Below are positions 11,693 through 24,762 of a stretch of DNA of 64,000 nt, in pieces. The stretch is taken from the NCBI GenBank assembly GCA_024137785.1, contig JAHRHZ010000082.1, positions 5,701,994 to 5,765,993 of the forward strand. The letters run 5' to 3'. The position numbers were made by a program, and so were the translations under genes. Each line of letters opens with the position of its first letter. The first letter of the stretch is position 1. Under the pieces are notes generated by a model. That model ran no database searches. It saw only the letters and a list, made by a program, of their open reading frames with translations, and had not been told where the DNA came from. This DNA comes from Ginglymostoma cirratum. Lineage: Eukaryota.

Positions 11693-14600
11693 CATAGATA
11701 AACATTATTTCTATCTTTGAAAACATCAGATCAATTTTATCCTGAAAGTAAAACATGTAACGCACAATTAAGTACAACATTACAATAATAATCGGTTTCT
11801 TCTGAATCTGTTAAGCTTTTGAGCAAGACATCAGAATTCACTTATATCCTGGACAGTGGCCAGTCAAGAGTCATACGTATGAAATTATTCTCATACACAG
11901 GTATTGACTAATGCTCCCTATTATCAGACTGACTTAGGTATAGTATTACTTTGACCACAAATGTTCCTAGGCAGTTTCCGATGACTGTCTTAGCAAAACA
12001 GCAATGAATGTTATATTTTAATCAAAACGTTGAAACAGCAAATAAGAGTATAGTGAATAAACATCTTCATTCATGAGTTTGATTAGATAACTCAGTAATG
12101 CACCCGATCTTATCAAGAGTTAACACAAACTTGTTTAACAGAAATTGAAGATGTTTATCAGACTATACCTCTGGTCATGGCATTTGTATGCCCTTCCATT
12201 AGTACCAGTATGCTATCATACTAGGTTTCAATTGATCTAGAGTAATCACCCTTTATGTTGGATTTCCCAAATGGTCTGCATTTAAAGTAGAAAGAGTACT
12301 AAAATTCCAGTGATAGCAATTGATTTACCTTACTAATAGTCACTACCATTGGCATACAGGTATATAGCCCTTAAGATTTGGATCACGTTAAACTAATTCT
12401 CCATTCTAGTGAAATGAATTATTGTTGAAATGGTCATTTTTTTAATATTATTATATTTTAAATGTTTAAAAATATGAGAAGCAAGATCTCAGATGCTCAC
12501 TACATCTGGAAGAAGCATAATTTTAAAGTTATGGTGATTGAGAAACTACCTTGTTTGGACAGATTGTACCAAGGAGATGTGATGCTAGATTTATTTATTG
12601 ATCTTATGCAAAATTATTTCAATTAAACACTTAAAATATGCCACACATTTTCAAAATGGCTTCTGTATCTTTATATTCTGCATAGATCCATCAAGGCAGA
12701 AAATGTTTTCATTTTCTCCTATCAAATTGAGAATTCTGTTCTCTCCGTTGATATTGTGCTTGGCAACTCTTTTATTTGTTCCAAATATGTTTCTCTCATA
12801 CTCTCTCATTCCACAAACACAATCAGACATGCGAGACAACTCAGAATTCCTAAAATAACCATTTTTATTCAGCCACATGTATTAATATCTTTGAGGTGAG
12901 GTCAACACTGTCAGCCAGTAAACAGGTCAAGCTTGTTCACATTCTGAGGGGAGCATTTACTGATGAAATTAATTTTCAGTAATAGTATGCATTTTAGAAA
13001 TTCTGTGAGACCAAGTACATCCATGTCTTAGCTAAACTAACAAATCATCAGACTATTCTCTCCATTTACAGTTGAGACTTCTTCACATTTCTTCATGCCT
13101 TTATGCCTAAAAGATCATATTTACTTGCATTTGTACTACCAAAAAAAGGGATATTATTCATAAACCTTTCCTTGAATTTGAAGAATAGTTTGACTTCCAG
13201 AATGTTCCTCAATAAAACTTCTGTATTTGCTGAGCAAGGAAAATGTATTCTCAGCAAATCATTACATAGCACTGTCTTTTTTTTAAATCAGATACAAAAA
13301 AAATTATAAATATGCAATGGTGATTATGTTAGCCCTATAAATACTGTAAGAATAATGCCTAAGGTGGACAAATGGCTACGACATGATGTCAATATGAATA
13401 TTTTAAGAAAAATCTCAAGAATGCTCTAATTTTAGCGTTGTCAGAGATTGTCAGCTCTATTTATAGAATATTTTAAAATGTTTTAATATCCAACCAGTCT
13501 TTTTTGCTGTTGTTGTTTTTCCACATTTACTCTTTTGGATGTGTGTTATTTCCAGTCTACAATTGTTTGCGTGATTACTGGTGAATCCCACTTTTCAGGA
13601 AAGTTACACTGAAGTCTTCTTGTACCCTTACCATGCAGCCAAGAGACGTAACCTTAGGTTTCACGGGATGGTAAGAAAGGGAGAAAGAAGGCGACAATTG
13701 ATGCAACGCTGAAACACCACGTTGTAACTGACAATTTTTTTCACAGAGACGGAACACAAAAACCATACTGTATCCTTTCCACCCACTTCCATGCTGTTGG
13801 GTACAAAGGAAACTTCAAATCTACACGCCATTTTTTGAATCATGTGGTGGAGCATTAATATCGGAAAAGCATTTTATTCTGAGCTACCGCCTCCAAAAGC
13901 ACCCACGCCATTTCCCGTAGTGCCACCGCCATTCTGTGATAGCAACATTCTGCAAACCAGCTGTAAAAAAAAGAAACAAATTACAGAGTGGAAATAACGT
14001 GAGTACAGAACAGAGAGCTGGCGGAACCAGGAACGTAGGAAACAGTGAAATGCAACGAGAGACAAATAAAGGTTATGACGAACGAGGGCGAATTAATAAT
14101 AATTGAATCAAATGAGAAAAAAATTGAAAGGTTATTGTTGTGAATCTGTTAATTTAATGCATGATTTTGATGTTTAATGGACTGAACACACGGACCATTA
14201 CACGAGAGAACCACGGGAAGGTCATTGTCATTGTATTCAGGCTTGTCCATTCCAGTAGATCAAAGCTCAGTTCTGACTCTGCAGCTGCTGTAGTCTACAC
14301 AAGTCTACACATTTAAAAAAAAAACTACGTGTTTATCCAAGTGCAGTGATTGTTTTCAGCCTGCAAGCCACTTTGATCACAAAGAGTACCCCCGTGATTG
14401 GAACCTAGGCATTCAAAGCAGACTTGTGGATGATTAATCGGAGAGTAATATCTGATCTTCGTCCAGGTTACCATTCAGTCACCAGTGTTTCCCAACCTTT
14501 TATCACCAAGTGGCCGTTGTTCAATCTGTCACCAGAATGCCTATTTCATTAAGATTTACTTTCTTACAGCATGCTCGGTAGGTTTGTGAAGGTAACAATC

Positions 14601-16059
14601 ATCACGTTACTGCTCCAAGCATCGGTTGAATGAATGAATGAATCACCACATATCTCAAGCCATCTTGTCCTACCATAAACCTGCACTATCCGAGGCATTT
14701 ATGTTTGTGTACAACAAGCGCTGTTTATATAACATGTGGTAGCCGATGTACTTCAGCACATTGGTGGAGAATGGAAATAAGTTGTTTCTTTTCCCCATCG
14801 GAAACTAAATAAAAAGTTCAGTATTGAAAATTTGAGATGGTTGGCAACGTGTCACCGGTGTTCAGTGTAAGCCGGTCTTTTCGGTGTTATTTTATCAACA
14901 CTATCCAACTCGCAGTGCGATCCCAACCAGTCCAGAGCTTCTGCAAAACCGAACTCCACTTCCAGTAGCAATCAACGGAGCTCACTTCTCAACCATTCAT
15001 GAAGTTGGTGAATATTGCAAACATTTCTTTAGAACTGTGATGTTTGGAACAACCCAAATTGCAATTCTGCTTTCGGAGGGAAAATACTGGGAACAACATC
15101 GCGAGTTAGTCAGATGTGACAGAGAAATGAAGACATTTTGAACGCAGTCTCTCCATGAAGTTAATCTGCCTGAGATTTTTAGGATTTTATTTGGGGGTTC
15201 TGTTAGATTTTCAGCTCCATTTTGTTTTGCTTTCAGTTCTGCACTGGTGGCTAATTCTATTTATTCTACTTGAAAGCGTTTCACTAAAGATATAATTCAT
15301 TGTGACAAAAATGCAAAATGTTACAAGGTTCTCTGCACACGAAGTCAGTGTACAGTATCCATTTTCTGTGCATTTATCAAAAGGGAGTCATTTCATGTCA
15401 CTTTTCTGGTATCCATTTGCTGACATTTGTCTTCGAGATAACGATAGTCTTGCACCAACTCCAGATGTCCCTCAGATCTCTAAAACAAACGTTAAGAGGT
15501 TAAATTTTATGTTTTTATGAGTGCTGTGTCCATCCTACTAAGGTTATCTTCTCTCTAGATGAACTAAATTTGGCAGAATATTCAAACGACGGTGAGTTCG
15601 AGGTCAATGCAACCGCAAGTTTTCAAACTGAATGCCTGGATGTCACACTTTGCGACTCCCAAGAAATTCGCGCGATCAATCCTAACAAGGGCTAAGGTGA
15701 ATCAACTAGTAAATTTTGACGGACAGTGTGATGGTTTTTGAATTGGTTTTAAAACTGGCGTTCCTCATTTCCTTTTGAAAACTGTTTTTTGCTAAATTTC
15801 CTGTTGCTCTTGTCGAAGTGACCAGGTGCAAGGGCTATGCAGAGGTAAACCAACACACAATACGTTTAGTTTCCTACAGGTGTACATTTATTGAAGACAC
15901 GTAGTATATTTGCAGGGATGTTAAGCTGCATCTCCATAATTTACTTCCACTGCATGTAGACAATATATATAGATATACAGGCAATATGTGCAAAAAGCGT
16001 AGTTTATTAGTACACAACACAATACGACTGAGATGTATTACGTCTGTTAGCGTCTATTT

Positions 16060-16590
16060 GGCTCAGGTATGTGCCTGGTCAGAAGGTAATGGGCTCAGTC
16101 TCCGCTCTGGAAATGAAGCACATAATCCGGGTTGTCAAATCTATACATCAATGATGGAACTACCACAATGGTGATGCTGTCCCTTGGTCGAGATACTACA
16201 TCAACGTCTTGTCTAATTGCCCCGACCTCTACTCCTAATCGAAAATAAGACAATAGCCGATGCTGTTCCCCCTCAAATAGCAACACTAACAGAACTAAAA
16301 ACAACAAAAAAAAATGCTGGAGCTCACAGCGGGTCAGACAGGACCCGTGAAAAGCAAGCAAGCTAACGTTTCGAGTCTAGATGATCTCCAGCACCTTTTG
16401 TTTTCAGTTCAGATTCCAGCATTTGCAGTAATTTGCTGCCATCACTAAGAGACATTACTTGGCTGGATATCTCATTGCAACTGCGCGAAAAATAGTCACC
16501 TTTCTTGGAAGGCAGTAGTTACCATAGGACAGTAACTCGGTGCAACTGAAACACATTCAGAAGCCATTAAATGCTATATAAAATGTAACA
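16060..16590 (+). mobile_element. Old Deu-domain SINE (SacSINE1-like) interrupted by a PLE family B inverted fragment at about 16290-16440
   Basis: tRNA-like head (ggtcagaaggtaatgggctcagtc..gaagcacataatcc), Deu-like core and tail aatgctatataaaatgtaa; similarity recalled from the consensus, not aligned. Confidence 0.55.
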
Positions 16591-19500
16591 TCCATGCGTT
16601 TATCCCCCGTATCTTAAAACAAAATTGTTAACCACATTAAGCCAAAGAACAGAGTGCTGGATGTTACCAAGGTGGGCATTGGTTAAAGACAAAAGGTTAG
16701 ATCAACTATTAGGTCATGTGCGGGTAAAACCAGGCTTAACTGTTGAAAGCCTGAAATCTGGAAGGGAAAGGGTGAACAGTTGAGGTTGTTGCTGAGAAAG
16801 CATAACATATTCACCGCGCTATGCAAGCTAAGCAGTATATCAGGATTACGTAATATGCTGATTCTGGATTTCATCACTATGGGGTTTAGGAAGGGCGAGA
16901 CCATCCATAAGACGTTTACATTTTGCTTTGGAAAAATAATGGTAGAACATTTTGAGGAGCATTAATCATGATAGCATTGATAAAAAGACAAAGACAAAAA
17001 TGCTAAATGGAGAATTTGTGAGAATAGTCTTCCCAAATATGTGGGTGTATTCAACTCTTAGATAGAGAGGAGTTTTATAGAGGAGTTGTTGAACAAAGAA
17101 TAAGCTTGAGGCTTGAAAGAACACCGTGAGCAAATGCGAAGACTTAGTTCGGAGGACACAGAGGTCAGAATGGATTGCCAAGGGCATCAACACTAGTAGA
17201 CGAAGAAGGAAAATGGTAGTGCCGTCAAAGTCTGAGTATGGTTAAGCAACAACGACAGAGAAAGAGTAAGCTAGAGGAAACAGGATAATAATTAATATCA
17301 CTTTGGTTGTAGATAACATAATTAACATCACTTTGGTAGCGTCTAAGAGTAATTTGTTTAAAGGTACATGGACTAAATTAGGTCAGAAACTTCAGAGATA
17401 TCCAAAGCAATGGCTGATTGTTTTACAAAGAATTCAGTCCAAAGTTCCAGAGATGGATAGCATAGCTAATACACAAACATTGTGGATTAGCTTGAATCAG
17501 GCCGGAATTTTCAAGGTATTAAGTATATTGGGCAGTGATCTACATAAATGTCGAACATACCTATATCCAGGGAAGTTGGGTAGAGATTAGAAGGCATAAA
17601 ATAAAAATAATCAATTTAGCAGTGAGTTTGTCCTCCCTCCGGACAAACCTGAGGGAATTTAGCAGTGAGAGTAGGATGAGACTGCATATAACAGATTGAA
17701 CTGATGATGTAGAGCAAAAAAAATTCTTACCTTCAGAACAATGGGATAGACGCTGTTGGAACCAAAAGGAAGAGACTCCAACAGATGAATCATGAACAAA
17801 ACGTGATGTTAATCTTAGTTGCTGAATTGGATTAACAGAAGTCACCACAGAAGTATAAGATTAGTCAGCATGTTTCAGCCTAATTGTGCTGCCAGATGCA
17901 ATAGACATTATAGATTGTCAAGCATTATTGAACAAGAAGATAACAATAAGAACCAACTGAGACAGCAAGTGACATGACCACATACAGTTCCCTTCTCATA
18001 TATAGTATATGTTAAATATGTATCTGCAATAAATCCATCTTATAGTTACACAGTATGGCTCAGATTTAGTTTAGTGTAATTATTCCTTAGATATACAATG
18101 TACCTTAAATATGCATATATATCATTAAAGTTGTATCTACAGATGCAGATTATTCCTCAGATGTACCTGGACAGCTATGGCTGCTCAGTGGTTGGGTTTG
18201 TTAAGACTGAGATGGGTAGATTGCGGTATGAAGGCGAGTACTGACATATGGGAATATTGAGAGAAGATGCAGTTGATCAGATGTGATCTTATTAAATGAC
18301 AACAGAGATATCCTATTCCTTGGGTTCTTAAGCATATACCAGAATTTTTTTAAAAAAAATCCAAACGGATAACGATGATCAGTGTTTCTATGCACGGAGA
18401 TCACTTTAGCGTTTCAGAATGTTCTAGCAACTGGGCGCTGGTTACATCACTGACTTTTACAGGTATTGCAGCGATCGCTCGCTGTATTGTTCAACCTCGT
18501 TAATTTTGATAAGTGAATGCTAAAAGTCTGGTATATGATTTTTCTTTGGCATTAAGATGTCATATGAACTCAATCGTATCCGCACCAAGGTGATGTAAAG
18601 TCAAATGGGAATCACCGTGACTTTGAAAAAAACACAATTGCTGGTATAGGGATTCGTTCCCTGTTCGTCCCTGGGCTCCGATTTGTTCTGGGGGTTCGGG
18701 TTATGGGTGACTTCTCTTTGGGGAAACAGAACAGTTCTCTCATTAAGAAGCAGCTGGGAGCTTTGCCGCAGCGTTGTTTACTACCATTTGCATTTGTATT
18801 TAATCAATAAATTAAACGTGAAATGTTCAGTATGTCTGAGAAGAAACGGTATATAACATGAAAGGATCGAGGACGAATATCTGAAAATCTAAATCGTCCT
18901 TTAAAGCTATACTATTTTTAACTTAGGACAAACCAACCGTCACCGCTCAGAGCGCTAATTCTGATTATTTTACAGCCATCTCTCGAAGGTACCGTAACAG
19001 TGGGAGGTGTTTTTAAGGGCAAGGGTCCATATTTTCAACGTATAAATGTGCTGGGGAAGGAAAAGATTAAATAAGTTTACAGCCACAGTAAATGACTATA
19101 AATGGAAATCGGAGCAAGCTACCGCGGAGCTGGGTCGGCCATTGTTCCAGTGTGTTGGAATTCGCGTTGGTAAGCGGTTTCAATTGAAGCCAGGAAAAGA
19201 CAATTACACTACTGCACAAACAGCAAAGTAGATCATTGCTGAAAAAAAACGTCTTGTTAATATTAATAGTGAGGTAAGGTACATTTAGTGCCGAATATTA
19301 TAGAACAGTTGAGGCGCTCCCTGATGTCAAAGCCTTTTGCTGTTCTGGAGTCCGATGCAGGCAGACACCTACAGACCAAAATATGGCGACCGACCTTCCA
19401 ACACAGCCGGGGTCTGAGCAACAGGGCCATCGGCAGTGAAGTTATTTCGTGCACACAGAGAGATCGCCGTTTGTGTAAACGGTGACATTAGCAGAGCGAT

Positions 19501-20309
19501 GTCAGGGCTGGCCACATTTCAATCACCCGCTTGGCTGCCTCCCTAGAAGAGGAGAAACTGGGACGATTTCAGATTTCGCTTTGCTTTCCTTTAGGTTGTG
19601 AGGAAGAAGGATCTTAGTGCAATAATACCACGGCAGTGGCTTCGCAACAGGCACTATTATCACATCCGCGGGACAAGAACACAGTTCCAAAATCTGAGTT
19701 AGAAACACGAGTTGTTCTGAATGTCCTCGCACCAAGGGAATGACCACCCGTGGGAAAGATTAATCTGTGCCTTTGATCGAGGAAAGATACATTCATTTGT
19801 TTGTTTATACGGAAAGGGAGAACATGTGGACTTCAGATTACACCAGGGTTACATAAAGTCACAAGTGTAGTTAAAAATAACCGGGGAATCTTGCAGTAAA
19901 AGTTGCTTTAGGTCATCGAATGGAAGATAAAAGAGTGGCATTTATCATCCACCTGGATGCGGAGAGTGCCAGTGGGACGGATTAGATGGGCTGAGTGGCT
20001 CGATAGCTTCTCCAGCCGGTTGGAGATTGGGAGACTGAGCACCCAGGTGATGAGTGAATCGGAAGCTCCCTTGTGATGAGCAGAGAGCGAAGCCGCTAGC
20101 CCCGGTCCTACTCCTGCTGTCACTGTACTTCAGCTCATTAGTAAGACCAGCCGATTTGGTGGTGCAACACCTTCCGAGCTTGGTCTCCCTCCGTTACCAC
20201 AACGGGCGCCATCAACACAGCTATGTGATTGCCCAGAAAACTAGTTTCGGAAATGTTCTGGGGTTAAAGATCTCCTCCTGCCCGCTTTCCAAATACTGGT
20301 AACACTCCA

Positions 20310-20452
20310 ATAAAAGGTCAAAACTGCGGATGCTACGAATCTGAAACAAACATAGAAAGTGGGGGAGAAACTCAGCAGGTCTGGCAGCATTTGTTGAGAG
20401 AAAGGCAGAGGTAACATTTTCAGGATGAAATGACTCTTCTACAGAACTGACA
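20310..20452 (-). mobile_element. PLE family B terminal fragment
   Basis: Mutated hammerhead core CTGTAGA at 20438-20444 (minus), followed by the family B tail. Confidence 0.7.
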
Positions 20453-20555
20453 GCACCCTGATCTAAGATCGGGAGCTGAGACTGAAAAGTTCTCTGACTG
20501 ATTCTCAAATTGTTTCCTGATGCGGATGCTAGGCGGAAACTCCAGCGCAGCACCC

Positions 20556-20582
20556 TGTGTGTATGTGTGTGTGTGTGTGTGT
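20556..20582. repeat. (TG)n microsatellite
   Basis: tgtgtgtatgtgtgtgtgtgtgtgtgt. Confidence 0.9.
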
Positions 20583-21944
20583 TCCTGGACAACCTGTTTC
20601 CCAGGTTAAGCCCGGGGTTTCCAGGAAAAGCAAATGATATAGTGAACATTCTTCACAACCAACACACACGAACGAGTCCTTCCACTGGCTTTCACCACGT
20701 GCTCGGATTGACCGGGAGAGCCGACCGTCCTCAGAACATCCCCGTGTACCATACCGAATGAAACGTTTACTTCGGGGTTATGTGACCAGAGTGAGTGCAG
20801 CAGTGGCCGAAAACAAATCAGCAGCAACATGTTGTTCACAACGCCATACCCCTCCCTTCTACAGCGTGCTCTGACCTTGGGCTCCAAAGCCTGCATTTGG
20901 CAAAATTCCAGATTCTATTTTTCCAATGTATTTCTAGGATCCACTTTACTGGTGAAAAATTGAAGAGAGTAAATTAAGGACCGCTGCTCCGGGGAAATTT
21001 TGATGTGAGTTAAAGCAGTATTCCAAAGACAGCATAAATACTATGGTCACCTAGCCTTGTTTTTGCTTGTAAGGTTGGGTCTCACTGCTCGTCACATTGG
21101 ATTTGTATAGATAGGGGTGGGTGTACCTTGAGAATATGAAAATAGTGTAGTTTCATTTCCATTATCGAAACTCCAATTAAAGTCTTCGGGAACTGATTTA
21201 AATATTTCCGAGTTTATTCAAACACGACACACACACGTCCAGCGAAAATTTCAATAGCATGACGTATGAGCACTAGTCAAATAAACACAATCTCGTACAT
21301 TCACACAAAGGGACATGCTTGAGAGATGATCTCATGAGATGAGATGTGTGCGGTGCCTCGTGATCTCACCTCGCTCTGGAATTAGGTTGAATTACTCATG
21401 AACTACTGGGAAATGTCGAATTTACATTTCCCGAACAAGAGAAGCGTCCCGCGATCTGCATTGGTAAAATGAGGGGAACGCTCGCAGTTGTTTCGGTTTT
21501 AGCTCGCATTGTGTGCTTTCTGTTCAACGGTAATCTTAGCCATTAACTGAACTATCCCCACAGGCACTGAACATTCCGTCCCCTCTGGACTGAAACCAAC
21601 CCCAACTCCCCCCATTCCCTTCCAAACACGAAAAAAAACCTCTGACTTTTCCGGCGCGATGGTTTAAATTAATGAAGAAATTGAATGTATAACCAATTTG
21701 GTTGAGAATGTCTTCACCATTTCCGACCCAAGTCACCGCTTGGAATCTACAATAGAATCATTCAGAGGATTGTTTTGGTCCTGCACCAATCAAGTACCGA
21801 GACGAAATAGTTAAGAGGTTTTAAATGCGCAGGAAGATCCCAGATAATGGAAGCTGCAGCTAGTTGTTGGTAAGTGTAGGGTTGATGTAGACCTCATTCT
21901 CAGAACGTACTACATCCAACCGATGTGTTTTTATTTTGGGAGAC

Positions 21945-22065
21945 AAAGGAGCAGCAGATGCTGGAATCCAAGGTAGACAAACAGGAGGCTGGAAGAACAC
22001 AGCAAGCCAGGCAGCATCTGGAGGAGAGAAGCAGTCAACATTCCAGGTATTACCCTTCTTCAGGA
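21945..22065 (-). mobile_element. PLE family A-related terminal fragment
   Basis: CTGAAGA at 22057-22063 (minus), stem II GGGTAATACCT, decayed GGAATGTT, then cagatgctgcctggcttgctgtgttc. Confidence 0.7.
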
Positions 22066-23939
22066 TTTTTTAAAAAAAAATTATTTCACGGGATGTGGAT
22101 GTAGCTGGCTGAACCAGCATTTATTGCATATCCTGAAATGCCCTTCAGAAGGTGGTGGCAATTGCCTATAACATTTTGATTCAGATACCATGGATTATTA
22201 GATCTGCAGCTTCATAATCAAAATCAAGCCTCTCACTCAAGTAAATGGTGGACTGATGTTCAGAAAGACAGGACTCAAAGACACATTCACGCTTCAGATG
22301 GTGTCACAACACGATTCAATCGCTGTGCCATTATCAAACATGTATGGTATTTAATTTTCCAAAGCAGCAGTGGTTATGGTGGATGATGTCTATTGTGTTA
22401 ATAATGCTTCCAATTCGAGTTGTTGTCTTCTGACATTGCAGAACCTCTGCCCTAAAGTCTTAGCAGCCGAATACGTAGATAGCGTCCATGCACTCAGTAA
22501 TGTCATGTCGTGTTCGGGTTTAGAATTTATCAATCAATGAAACACCATCATTAAACAAAAGCCCTTTGCAAATCTTGTGATTCACAAAATTCAAATCAGG
22601 ATAGAAGGTGTGTCAGAATGTGCAGGATCGTGGTACCTTTAGGTGCGGGGGGTCAGACTGTCCAACTTTAATAGCCACGGGTTAATCATGTTCTGGTCTG
22701 TTGGTTGTGTCTTCCCTGTTCTCTTTTTCCTTCATAATTTAGATTGGCTTTGGTTGACAGTGCTAGTGGTCTTGTTCAGCCACTTGCATTGTGTATGGAA
22801 ATCCAACATCACATCTCCCTCCCAAACCACTGCAGAACTCCTTGGGGTATTGTCTGTTTGTCTGATACGGAACGTGCATTCTCTGTCTCCAAAGAACGCT
22901 TCAAAGGACAGACTAATTAAGGCACAATTTGGGAACAGCCAGACTAAGGAACGTCTAAACAGGAATGGTTAAAGTTATGCAGGTTTTCAATAAACGATGC
23001 TGGTATAATTCCTGCTGCTCGTCCATGGTCGGGCCAGCTCAGTTACCTGAGCCAAAGTGTCAAGAATTCCGAGCCCACGGCGTCATAGGCCACAATTAAA
23101 TCAGCAGATTGGACAGTTAATAACAGCTGGTTGGAAGACTCCCAAACCTATTGAATTGCTCAATCTGCACGGGTTAATTACTGATTGCAGCCTCCTAGGC
23201 ATCTCATCTTGGGATGAATTTGACTCCAAATTTCTTGCTTACTTTTCTCTCCCGGATAATTACCTTCAGGTCATCTGAGCAAATTCGGGTTATCTTCCTG
23301 GTTTTCCAAACGTATCCTCAATTTGAAGGTTTACACAGCAGTCCACAGTGTACCTGGCGTCAAGACCATAAACTCTGTACTAAAACTGCGCCAGTAGTCT
23401 ATTTACCGAATAGACACATGTTCTCGTTTAGGGATGGCTTTTAGAGAAATCACACTTTCACCCGCCTAGCCCTAAGACAGTCCCACACTGAGAAATAGCC
23501 TCTGAGCCAGTTCTATCCTACAGCACAGATCTCAATTGGCATTAATTGTTTGAAAGTCTAAGATCAACGTTTATGAACCAAAAACCTCCTGCCCTCGGCT
23601 TTGCACTTATAACTCAACTTGAGGTGCCTTGGTTAAAGGATCGTTTCACGTGCAGTTGGACAAACGGTCGTCTTGTTTAGCACTTTAAGTTTCTAATGAC
23701 GGCATTTCCAGAGAAATGCCCTAAGAGATCCGCCAAGGGGAACAGTCACTTTGACGGCATACTCAGTGAAGTAGCATTCCTGGGTCAGAGGTCTTAGGAG
23801 CAATGAGACTTTGATGTACAGTTATTGCACCCCAAGTCACAGGATGTTGTCTCCTCGACTATTTTAATCTGCACAGTTTGTCAACGTGACACATATCAAA
23901 CTGTGGTTTCCGAGAAATGACGCCAGCTGGTAACCACAG

Positions 23940-24762
23940 TTACACGCAGTATGACTTACTTTAATAAAATGTTACTTTAAAATATCGGCAGTAAGATTTC
24001 AAATGAAGCTCCATAGTTCCATCACTTTCATTTACTCAGTTAACAGCACCAGAATCCTTGGACAGGAGCTTCACGATGACAGTATATTGACTTCTACATT
24101 GCGCGGCACAAATTAAGAATATGACTCAGTCTTGTTTCATAGAATTTCTATTCACTGTTCAGTTGCTAAATAAGAAACGCCAGCTCAAAAATGGCGTCCC
24201 GGAGATTTTAAAAAAAAATCAGAATATCAACATTCATCCATTATCTTACTGACTGTCGCCTCACTGCAACAGCGAATATGGAGCTTTAAAGGCGTTTTCA
24301 CATATTTACACATTCAAGCACAAAAAAAATACAATTCTATCATAGCAGCACAAGCTCGCCAGCTTCGGAAATATCAAACAGACAGGAAATACAAAGAGTC
24401 TGCACATGTAGATAGCACACATTATCACAAATATTAATTATATCTGACATTGGATTAAAAATTGAAACAATGTATCAAACATCCATAATGTGGTTTTATT
24501 TATTTAAGATTTTGCTTTTTAAAAAATTAAAAATCCAGATTTAAGGAAGCGATTTTTTTTATCGCTGCCCTTTACTCCTGGTTAGTCCAGTCTAACTCCA
24601 GACACATATTTACTTCTACATATTTAATGTGCCCGCTTATAAATAAAATTGCATACATTTGAACCTTTCAATGAAAAGAATGGAGATTTGGGTTAGAGTG
24701 CATTCACCCTCAGGATTCCTGCATTCATTCTATACGATTTCTAAATTGGCCTTAAGTTTCCT
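23940..24762 (-). other. CBX4: CBX4 3' UTR (distal end approximate)
   Basis: Follows the stop codon; overlapping AATAAA at 24495-24504 and ATTAAA at 23960-23965 on the minus strand; miRNA and Pumilio motifs at 24230-24350. Confidence 0.6.

Noticed and set aside
14483-14500. hAT-Charlie-like TIR CAGTGTTTCCCAACC
   Set aside because: No convincing partner TIR or TSD was found
17284-17337. Two-copy tandem repeat of about 28 bp
   Set aside because: Ordinary slippage duplication
1-24000. CBX8 or CBX2 paralog expected downstream by synteny
   Set aside because: No second chromodomain or Pc-box exon was found by eye in this window
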